Shown: positions 1-7,997, counted from the first letter of the stretch. The stretch: 8,623 bases of DNA from Fonticula alba ATCC 38817 (GCA_000388065.2 KB932204.1); one strand, 5' to 3'. Translations and numbers: made by a program. Notes: generated by a model from the sequence alone, not told the origin.

Positions 1-12
1 CCCCCCCCCCCC
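1..12 (+). repeat. Terminal poly-C (C12), probable contig break
   Basis: The window starts inside a C run. Confidence 0.9.
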
Positions 13-76
13 TGCACCGCCCACCTCTTGGCCTCCGGCGTTTCCTGGCTCGCCGACAACCGGACCGCCGCCCAAA

Positions 77-1036
77 ATGGACGAGATATTGCCCCCGCCC
101 CCCCCCGCGAACACCCATGCTCCGACATGTGCCCCTGCGTGGACTGCTACATCACCTGCCTTCCGCGGCGGAGGGGCTCGAGTGCGCGGATGTCTTTATT
201 GTTCAGCTTCATTGCACGGTTATGGCTGGCGGGCCCCTTCCGCGGGAGGCCTTCCATCGAAAGCCCTGGATCGCCGCGTGAAATGGGCCGCCGCCTGGTG
301 GGGGCGGAGGCCGGGAGGGGCATCGGCGGTCTCCTCGCCCGGCCGGCCGCTGTGGCCGGCCTCCCGGCCGCCGCCTGGCCGGTACCAAGTTCCGAGGGGC
401 AATTTTGAGGGAATCCCCCCCCCCCCCCCCGGGCGGCCGGCCGGTCGGGTCTGCTCCCGACGCTTGTTGCATTGGTATCCTCTGCTGGGGAGGTCCCCCC
501 TCCGGCGAACGGGGAAATTGCTTCCTCTTGGCATTAGGTCGGCCTGGAGGTGCCCCCCCCCGGCGAACAGTGTCGACAAGGCGCGAGGGGGCTCGTTCTC
601 GGCCCCTCTTCCGCGCCTTCGCCCGCCGGCGCCCCTTGCTTCCCCCATCCCCACAGGGCGCGCCTGCCTTGGGCCGGCTTCGCGCCGAGGACAGCCGTCA
701 TCTTGGCCGCGCCGCCCTGTGCTGCCCACACATGCCGCCTCGGCCGAAAGCAACCCCGGCGCGTCCTCGCGTCCTGGCCTTCTGTGCGTGTGGGGGTCCC
801 CGGTCGCCCTCCGGCGCCTGTGCGCCAACGGCCTCGGGGCTTTCTACCGGCCCGCTGCTTCGGCACCGCCTCGACCCGGCGCCGGCTTCAGGTGCTGCAC
901 AGGCTCTTTCTCCGGCTCCGGCTCGCGCTCGCTCCACCCTCGCCCTTCTCGTCCTCCAACCGTCAACGTGCCCCCTGGAATGTTTCCACGCACAATGGAG
1001 CGGGCCCCTTGCCGCTCGACCAAGAGCAAGCAATAG
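77..1036 (+). CDS. Hypothetical 319-aa Pro/Arg/Ala-rich ORF, probably spurious
   Basis: The ATG has a strong Kozak-like context (CCCAAAATGG), but the translation is low complexity with no recognisable domain. Confidence 0.1.
   Translation: MDEILPPPPPANTHAPTCAPAWTATSPAFRGGGARVRGCLYCSASLHGYGWRAPSAGGLPSKALDRRVKWAAAWWGRRPGGASAVSSPGRPLWPASRPPPGRYQVPRGNFEGIPPPPPGRPAGRVCSRRLLHWYPLLGRSPLRRTGKLLPLGIRSAWRCPPPANSVDKARGGSFSAPLPRLRPPAPLASPIPTGRACLGPASRRGQPSSWPRRPVLPTHAASAESNPGASSRPGLLCVWGSPVALRRLCANGLGAFYRPAASAPPRPGAGFRCCTGSFSGSGSRSLHPRPSRPPTVNVPPGMFPRTMERAPCRSTKSKQ
195..200 (-). terminator. Putative polyadenylation hexamer AATAAA
   Basis: TTTATT on the plus strand; the downstream GU-rich element is weak. 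Confidence 0.25.
415..430 (+). repeat. Poly-C homopolymer (C16)
   Basis: Direct read. Confidence 0.95.
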
Positions 1037-1108
1037 GGGGTTGGCATCCGGAGCGCCGACGCTTCCCGCCTCGGCGCATGGCCCAGTCCTTCCCGAGCGG
1101 CAGGGGCA

Positions 1109-1308
1109 ACTTCCGGAGGACGTCACATTGTTCCTCGGCATCCGGCTTCCCTTGCAGCGGCCTCCGACAACCGGGGAGAAGGCATGACACCCAAACCAAT
1201 CCCCCCCTGCTCTCGGCGCGTGGGCAGGCATATTTAGTGCGTGCGCGGAAGCAGCATCCTACACGTGCCCCCCCCCCCCCACCTGTCCGGTGCAAGGCAA
1301 ATGGCCGC
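1109..1308 (+). promoter_or_regulatory. Putative Pol II promoter-like motif cluster
   Basis: ACTTCCGG ETS (1109-1116), GGACGTCA CRE-like (1118-1125), CCAAT (1196-1200), TATTTA (1231-1236), CGGAAG (1246-1251), CACGTG E-box (1262-1267), AAATGGCCGC YY1-like (1299-1308). Confidence 0.35.
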
Positions 1309-1593
1309 GCTCCTTCGAGCTTGCCTGCCTGCTCGCCTGCCCGTCGGCCAGTCGACCATGCACTTTCCGCGTACGGACCCCGGCGGCCCCCGCCCCGCTC
1401 CGCCCCTGCCCATCATATGACGGCCTCGCTTGGTCCAGGTCCCGGGCCTGCGGCAAATACCTTGCTCGCGCCGGCCCGGCTCGGCCCGGCCCCCACGCCG
1501 AGTTGCCCGGCCGAGACTTTCGCCACCCGGACGCCGGGCTCTCTCCGCGGAAAGTTGCCTCCTTCTCTGAAACGACAAGCAATGAGACAGCGC

Positions 1594-1630
1594 GAAATGG
1601 GAAAAATGCGGGGCCGGAAATGGAAAAAAT
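1594..1630 (+). repeat. A-rich direct repeat, 2 x 14 nt, period 23
   Basis: GAAATGGGAAAAAT (1594-1607) and GAAATGGAAAAAAT (1617-1630), one mismatch. Confidence 0.7.
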
Positions 1631-2056
1631 ATCCAGATCCAGCGTACTCGTTTGCCTGTTCCCCCGAGGCCCGGGGGATTGCTGGTGTAGCCCCCCTCGG
1701 AGATGCACCACCCCCAGGGCCATTTCCTCGTCAATGGCCCGACCCACTGTGGCCCTCTCCCAGGCAACCCATGCGTCTAGTCCACAGTCCCCCGCCCCCC
1801 CTCCCCCACGCGGCGAGGGCCGGGAGGTGGTCGTGACCTTGTTCACACGAAATGAAGGCCACTTCCGCGTGGGCCTTCCCCCGAACTGATGAGCAGCCTT
1901 TCCCGCTGTCGCTCCCGCTCTCTCGCTCGCCCCCCCCCCCCTCCCGGTCCGGGGCTTTCTCTGTCTGATCTCCGGGCCGATCGCCGTCCCGATGCATCAC
2001 TCACTGCTTCGCGCTCCGGCCAGGCCCGATCTCGGCCGGGAGACCCATGCGTCTGG

Positions 2057-2077
2057 CACATACACACACACGCACAC
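2057..2077 (+). repeat. Imperfect (CA)n microsatellite
   Basis: CACATACACACACACGCACAC. Confidence 0.85.
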
Positions 2078-2145
2078 TGGCCGGGCTGTGCCTTCTCCTC
2101 TGCTTCTCGCTCCCTCCCTCGCGCTCTTTCACCGCCTCCTCGCCG

Positions 2146-2164
2146 CCCCCCCCCCCCCCCCCCC
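2146..2164 (+). repeat. Poly-C homopolymer (C19)
   Basis: Direct read; preceded by a pyrimidine-rich tract at about 2088-2145. Confidence 0.95.
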
Positions 2165-2655
2165 GTCTGACCCCCGGGCGCCTTGTGGCACAGCGCCCCG
2201 CCGCCCCCGCCCCCTGAGCTCGTGACTCTGCTAGATCGCCCAGCCCACCGAATGCATCCTGTGCCCGCTTGCCTGCAGTCGGAACTAGCCCATCCAAACC
2301 AGCTGCCCGGCCCTCACAGGGGTTCTCGCCGACAGACCATGTGCACCTCACCGTGCCTACCTGTCCTCGGTTGGCGTGGATCCGACCCACGGGCCGGCAC
2401 ACGCGGCAGGGCACGCGCCTCCCCAGCCCAGCTGGCAAAGGGAGAGCCCGTGTCCTTGGTCGCGCGTGATTGCCCGCGCCGCTCCCGGTACCGGGTCGCC
2501 CCGAGGGCGGCCCAGCTTCCGGGCTTCCGGCCGCCTCGCCGCCGCCGCCTTTCGTCCGACCAAACCCCGGCCCGCAGGGAATGTGCCCTTCGATGGGCAT
2601 GGTTCGCCCGAGGCCAGACGGCCAGACGTAATTCACTCCCTGATTGCCTGTCCTC

Positions 2656-2657
<2 letters not shown>

Positions 2658-2697
<40 letters not shown>

Positions 2698-2745
2698 AGT
2701 CTGAGGAGCAGTCCCTGTCGTGCCCCCCCCCCCCCCCCCCCCCCC
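2658..2745 (+). repeat. Paired long poly-C tracts (C39 at 2658-2696, C23 at 2723-2745)
   Basis: Direct read. These are poly-G on the minus strand (G4-prone). Exact lengths may be unreliable in a short-read assembly. Confidence 0.95.
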
Positions 2746-2855
2746 GCCTCGCCCGTTCCCCGGACCCTGTGCGAGGGCGAAATGTCGGTGCTTCGGTGCC
2801 CATCGCGACCGCGGCCCCCGCCTGCCGACCGTGTCCTCCAATATCCAGTCTCCAG

Positions 2856-2880
2856 GTGTGTGTGTATGTGTCTATGTGTG
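2856..2880 (+). repeat. Imperfect (GT)n microsatellite
   Basis: GTGTGTGTGTATGTGTCTATGTGTG. Confidence 0.85.
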
Positions 2881-2993
2881 CCTCTGCCCGTCCCCGTCTC
2901 GGGGTCGTCTTGGGCATATTTCCCAGGCGTCGCCTCCAATTTGCTTGCCGCCGCCCCCGTCCCGCCCCCTGGGTGCTGCAACCCCGTCAACAG

Positions 2994-3079
2994 GAACGCG
3001 TCGCCCGTCCGAGTACCAGCTGCACATCCGCGTTGACAGGCCCGACGAATCGGGCATCCTCGGCTACTTGATCGCCCGG
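2994..3079 (+). CDS. Candidate short coding exon or coding remnant (TRRPSEYQLHIRVDRPDESGILGYLIAR), unknown product
   Basis: Codons 3008-3076: 21 of 23 end in G/C while 15 of 23 have A/T at position 2. A possible acceptor CAG sits at 2991-2993. No clear GT donor and no recognisable family. Confidence 0.2.
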
Positions 3080-3459
3080 CCGCCGGCCCGGCCTCGCGCC
3101 AGGGGGTCGTCCTCGCTCATGAGGTGGCCCGGTTGCCGGCCCACCGGACCCGGCCACATGCCCTTGCCGCAGGGCGATGGTCCATTGTGCTGCTTTCGGG
3201 CTGCCCTGTGCGCCCCTTTAGGCGCGACCTCCCGGCCCCCACCCCCCCCCCTCCCCGGCCGATCCCCCCCGAGCAGGCGGCGCCCCGCGGCTCTGAAAGG
3301 GGGCGGTGGCGTGTGCACCTTTCCGTGCGGCCGGACAAGATCGGCGCTCGGGCCCCGGAAGGGGACCCCGCATGCGGGAGATGCCCCGGGGCTGGCGGCC
3401 CGCCGGCTCGTAGTGAATGGGGCGGCCCTTTGGGCGCCTTGTACATTGCGCGTGTGTCA

Positions 3460-3470
3460 TTTCCGGGAAA
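3460..3470. promoter_or_regulatory. STAT/GAS palindrome TTTCCGGGAAA
   Basis: Exact match to the TTCCNGGAA GAS consensus, extended by one further palindromic pair. Confidence 0.4.
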
Positions 3471-3742
3471 GCTGCCCGTCGCCGCCGGCGCGGGTCCTTG
3501 GTTTGGGGAAAGGACGCGCGAGTCATGCCAGGCATAGCACACGCGGCGGATTCTCCCGGCCCGCATCATGCGCGGTGCCCGCGTGCCGACCAAAGCAATG
3601 CACTTTCATCATGCATGCACGCCGCGGCTTCTAATTGGGCACTCGAACAAACAATGGGCACGGCCGCCGGTAAGCCCTCGCCGACAGCCCAGTCCCTGGC
3701 CTTGGGCCTCGTTCTCCTGGCAAGTCGCGGATATGCCCGGCC

Positions 3743-3788
3743 GGGGGCGGGGCCATAGGCGGCGGTAGGAGGGGAGGGGGGCGGGGGG
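3743..3788 (+). other. G-quadruplex-forming motif
   Basis: G5(3743-47), G4(3749-52), G4(3771-74), G6(3776-81), G6(3783-88); three of the four loops are 1 nt. Confidence 0.6.
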
Positions 3789-3999
3789 TCACACCAAGCA
3801 GGGCGCAGGCAGCGGGGGAGGCGAGGAGCCCGGACGGGGAGGTGTAGATGAGGGACCACCTGCGAGAGGGCCAGGGCCCTTTGACGGGGCAGCCTGGCTG
3901 CCCGGCACCCGGGCTTGGGGCGGGCGCGGGCCTGCCGGCTGGCAGTGCTTCGTGGCGCCTCGGCGGCCTGGCCGGCGGTTCCGACCAGCCCGAACAGAT

Positions 4000-4068
4000 G
4001 GGATCTCCGGATTGCCTTCTGCTGCGTGTGCCGAGATCCCAGCACACGTGGCGGATTCTGGAGATCCC
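4000..4068 (+). ncRNA. Candidate pre-miRNA-like stem-loop (69 nt, 26 bp)
   Basis: By hand: 4000-4011 pairs with 4057-4068 (12 bp, 1 G.U) and 4018-4031 pairs with 4042-4055 (14 bp, 3 G.U), with a 10-nt terminal loop and a 6x1 internal loop. No expression evidence. Confidence 0.3.
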
Positions 4069-6177
4069 TCGCACTGGCCAAAGCTAGGGCCGCAAGGTGC
4101 TGCGAGTCTGACCCTCTGGCCCTGCCCCCCCCTGCCCTCCATCCCTCGCCCGCGCGCACCCCCCGCGTCCCGCCCCTCTCGGCCCCTTGTCGCCGTGCTC
4201 GGCATAATTCCCGCCGCGCCGGCCGCCGGCACAACCGGACGAAAGGTGATGCACCGGCCCACATAGGCCGATGCTCGCCTGGGCCCGGATAGGTTGGCCC
4301 CGACCGGGGGGCGCAGGGAACTGGGCGTGGAGCATTCATCATCGGCGCCCCCGGCCCCCCCCCCCCCTCCCCGCTGCCCCCTGCGAGGCCGGCTGACCTC
4401 TCCGCGACAGGTCGGCAGAGGGATCCGCGAGGCGAACCATTCGCCCCGCCGGGTGCGGATACTCATCCGGACGACTGGAGGAGGCCGACACCGCGCTGAC
4501 GCACTCTGTCCGGTTTTTTGGGCCTGTTCGCGTGCGCCCATCCGACGGTTTTGGGGCCGGCTCGCGGACAAACAAGCCCGGGGGTGGCCTCGGGGACCGG
4601 GTTCTAGGCCGGGCAATCTCCCGGGCAAGGCGGGCCAGGGGAGGGGATACCCGACGCCTGTTGGAGTAATTCCGGCCGCGGGGGCCAGGATGCCGGGAGG
4701 AGGCGACCCCCTCGGGCCATCATCGCGCGCTCTGGCTGTTGCTCTCGCTGCGGCGCATGCTCCGGGCATCTGGCCGCCCTCTCCCGTCCCCCCCCCCCCC
4801 CTGGGGCGGGCGACAGCGGGGCAGGCTGCAAGGCGGCCGGGTGAGGGGGCGGGGTTGGTGTCCGGCAGGGCAGCCTGGTCAGCGAGGACGCCAACATGGC
4901 CGGGTCCGGCGCTGACAGCCGCGTCCAGTCGGGAGGGCTGGCCGGGGCCAGCGCCAGAGGAAAGCCGGGCGTCTGCGCACGCCGGCACAGCTGGGCCCAG
5001 CGGGTCGGGTGGTCACCAAGTGCGATGACCAGCCCGGGGGGGAGCGCGGGGCAAGGACCACCAGGCAGGCAGCCTGACTGATCGCCCCCACACCGGGCGT
5101 CGACCGCCGGGCATGGCCCCCGGCCACGGCGTGCTGGAACCAAGCAGCCATGCCGCCGGATGCTCGCCCTGCAAACGGCCTGCAGATCTACACCCACCCC
5201 CCGGCGGAAGGGGAGAAGGAGGGGGCCCAAGGCAAGTCCCGCTGGCCGACGGGGCAGCCGGTGTCGAGGGGCGGCCGACCGGCCGGCCTGCCGGCAGAAG
5301 CAGGGAAACCGGCTGCCCCGCCAGGGCACGCAGCGTGCCCCCCCCGGCCGAGGGGGGAGGGCGTGGCGGGCCGGCCGGCGGGATCCGATGCAAGGGGGGG
5401 GGGACGGGGACAGGCACCGAAGCATGGGCGTCCGAATGTGCCGGCCGGGCGCGCTCCCGCCGCGGGCCACGGGTGTCCCGGCCAACCGCAGGGGGGGGGC
5501 CCTTTGCGCCGGGGGAAAGCCATCCACCGGCCGTCCCTCGGGCCGAACGGCAGGAGCATGGCCCAGACCCGATGAGCGGCGAGGGCCCCGGCCGGCCGGC
5601 CGGGATGCGCTGGGACATGGCCGGCCGTAGGGGGGCCGCGGCCCGGCTGTGCCAGGCGGGCGCCCGGCCCGGGACCGAGGGACAACTCTGCTCATGGGTG
5701 AGTAATCCCCACCCCCCGGGCTCGCGGGTGCGGGAGTCCGCATTTGAGCCGACCTCGATTGTTCGCGACGGCGGCATGCGCGAGAGGGACCGGCGGAGGG
5801 GGGGGGGGGACTGTTGTTGCCAGCGGCCCTGCATAACCAAGTTTTGTGGTCCGGGTAATGGGGCTTTCAAATTCCCCCCCGCCCGGGGCCCGGCTGCTGC
5901 CTGTTTTCGCCGCTCCCCCGGGAGAATGCTGCCTGGCCGGCGCGAAGGCCGACTGGAATGGTGTCCTCCGTGTGCGCACCGAGGCCGGCCACGGCCCGCG
6001 GGCCTGGGCGTGCGACCCACCTGGGGCACATTTTTCCGCCCCCGGCCTTGCGGGTCCCGAAGAATGCGGCCCGCCGCATGGGCGAGGGGGCTGCCCGGCC
6101 CCCGGCAGGCAGGCCTCCCGTGTGAAAGGGCCGACCGGCCGGCGGCGCGCGGCCGACAGCCGCCCGGGCGGGCCCTG

Positions 6178-6188
6178 CTTCCGGGAAG
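6178..6188. promoter_or_regulatory. STAT/GAS palindrome CTTCCGGGAAG
   Basis: Exact match to the TTCCNGGAA consensus, extended by one further palindromic pair. Confidence 0.35.
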
Positions 6189-6360
6189 TTCCGCCGGGCC
6201 GGCGCGCGGGGGGCGCGCCCGAGCGCCCCGACGCCGTTGGCCGAGAACCCGGAAACAACCGATCCCGGTACTCAGGAAGGGCCGGGAGAGGAGCGTGCGC
6301 CTCGCGTGGGCCGGGCCCGGGGGTCCGGAACCGGTGGCACGGCGACAGGGGCACAACATG

Positions 6361-6380
6361 CGCGCGCGCGCGCGCGCGCG
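6361..6380. repeat. (CG)10 tract, Z-DNA prone
   Basis: Perfect (CG)10 inside a 26-nt alternating purine-pyrimidine run (6356-6381). Confidence 0.95.
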
Positions 6381-6642
6381 TCGGTGCGCGTGCATACCAC
6401 CCTCGGGCGCTTGCGGCGGGCCTCGGGCGGGGGGCCGCGCGGGCCGACGCGCCGGGGGCCGTCCCCTCGCGCCACGAGCAGGGGGGGGGGAGCGGCGGCG
6501 GCGACCAGAGGCAGGGGCCCGCCGCCGGGGCGGGCGGAGGAACCGCGGCCCGGCCGCGCCGGTTGCCCCATGCCAACACCGGCGCGCACAGGGGGCACAC
6601 TCCAGGCCGAAGGGCGAGGCGCCGGCAACAAACGCGGGGCAA

Positions 6643-6664
6643 GCGCGCGCGCGCGCGCGCGCGC
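6643..6664. repeat. (GC)11 tract, Z-DNA prone
   Basis: Perfect (GC)11 followed by ACAC. Confidence 0.95.
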
Positions 6665-6794
6665 ACACCGCGCGCCGCGTTCGGTCTCAGCCTGCGGCGT
6701 TTCAGTGCCTGGGGCGTGGGCGGGGGCCCCCGGCGGCCCGCGGTCGCGGCGCCCCGGGCCCCTGGCCGATGTGCCTGGCCCCTTCTGCCCCTCC

Positions 6795-6812
6795 CTCTCT
6801 CTCTCTCTCTCT
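6795..6812 (+). repeat. (CT)9+ microsatellite truncated by the gap
   Basis: CTCTCTCTCTCTCTCTCT directly abutting the N run. Confidence 0.9.
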
Positions 6813-7672
6813 NNNNNNNNNNNNNNNNNNNNNNNNNNNNNNNNNNNNNNNNNNNNNNNNNNNNNNNNNNNNNNNNNNNNNNNNNNNNNNNNNNNNNNNN
6901 NNNNNNNNNNNNNNNNNNNNNNNNNNNNNNNNNNNNNNNNNNNNNNNNNNNNNNNNNNNNNNNNNNNNNNNNNNNNNNNNNNNNNNNNNNNNNNNNNNNN
7001 NNNNNNNNNNNNNNNNNNNNNNNNNNNNNNNNNNNNNNNNNNNNNNNNNNNNNNNNNNNNNNNNNNNNNNNNNNNNNNNNNNNNNNNNNNNNNNNNNNNN
7101 NNNNNNNNNNNNNNNNNNNNNNNNNNNNNNNNNNNNNNNNNNNNNNNNNNNNNNNNNNNNNNNNNNNNNNNNNNNNNNNNNNNNNNNNNNNNNNNNNNNN
7201 NNNNNNNNNNNNNNNNNNNNNNNNNNNNNNNNNNNNNNNNNNNNNNNNNNNNNNNNNNNNNNNNNNNNNNNNNNNNNNNNNNNNNNNNNNNNNNNNNNNN
7301 NNNNNNNNNNNNNNNNNNNNNNNNNNNNNNNNNNNNNNNNNNNNNNNNNNNNNNNNNNNNNNNNNNNNNNNNNNNNNNNNNNNNNNNNNNNNNNNNNNNN
7401 NNNNNNNNNNNNNNNNNNNNNNNNNNNNNNNNNNNNNNNNNNNNNNNNNNNNNNNNNNNNNNNNNNNNNNNNNNNNNNNNNNNNNNNNNNNNNNNNNNNN
7501 NNNNNNNNNNNNNNNNNNNNNNNNNNNNNNNNNNNNNNNNNNNNNNNNNNNNNNNNNNNNNNNNNNNNNNNNNNNNNNNNNNNNNNNNNNNNNNNNNNNN
7601 NNNNNNNNNNNNNNNNNNNNNNNNNNNNNNNNNNNNNNNNNNNNNNNNNNNNNNNNNNNNNNNNNNNNNNNN
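6813..7672. other. Assembly gap (860 N)
   Basis: Run of N from 6813 to 7672, entered from a (CT)n microsatellite. Confidence 0.99.
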
Positions 7673-7780
7673 CCCGCCCGTCTAGCGGGCCCGGGCGCCG
7701 GCCGGCCGGCGGGCCCCGTGTCCTCCTCCCATCTGACCCGGCGCGGTGCTAGGGGGCGGGTCGCCGCCCCGCCGGGGGCG

Positions 7781-7818
7781 GCACACGCACGCACGCCGCG
7801 GTCTGTGTCCCCTTTATT
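7781..7818 (-). terminator. Putative polyadenylation signal (AATAAA plus downstream GU-rich element)
   Basis: The minus strand reads AATAAA (7818-7813) GGGGACACAGACCGCG GCGTGCGTGCGTGTGC. Confidence 0.4.
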
Positions 7819-7976
7819 ACGGGGCACAATATCCCGCCCGGCGCCCCGTCCCCCCCCGGCATCCCCGCCCCGCTCGCCGGCAGCATGCCTGCCCTCCTTC
7901 GGTGTCGGGCGGAACGCGCGTCCGCGTCCTGCTGCTTACACAAGCAGCCCCCGCGCCGCCGGTGCCTGGCCCTGTC

Positions 7977-7988
7977 CGCGCGCGCGCG
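7977..7988. repeat. (CG)6 tract
   Basis: Direct read; lies 9 nt before the ACTTCCGGT ETS site at 7998. Confidence 0.85.
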
Positions 7989-7997
7989 CTTGTCCGC

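Noticed and set aside
1849-1908. Hammerhead-ribozyme-like GAAA (1849-1852) ... CTGATGAG (1886-1893) with a 7-bp stem between them
   Set aside because: There is no UH cleavage triplet and no room for stem I, and the stem II arms do not pair beyond one base.
1886-1968. C/D snoRNA-like CTGATGA ... CTGA spaced 83 nt apart
   Set aside because: Box C lacks the leading purine, the interior is a poly-C/pyrimidine tract, and there is no convincing terminal stem or D'/C' boxes.
3155-3195. LPQG peptide in ORF 2720..3634 resembling a reverse-transcriptase motif
   Set aside because: It lacks the following SP and any YxDD motif; a chance 4-mer.
28-6668. Dense overlapping ORFs in all six frames
   Set aside because: Expected from stop-codon scarcity at about 75% GC. 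There is no consistent codon periodicity, no recognisable domain and no ribosome-binding or operon layout.
339-7709. Recurrent (CCGG)n / GGCCGGCC runs (339, 435, 5279, 5369, 5588, 7698)
   Set aside because: Only modestly above expectation for this composition, with no regular spacing or unique spacers, so not a CRISPR array or tandem element.
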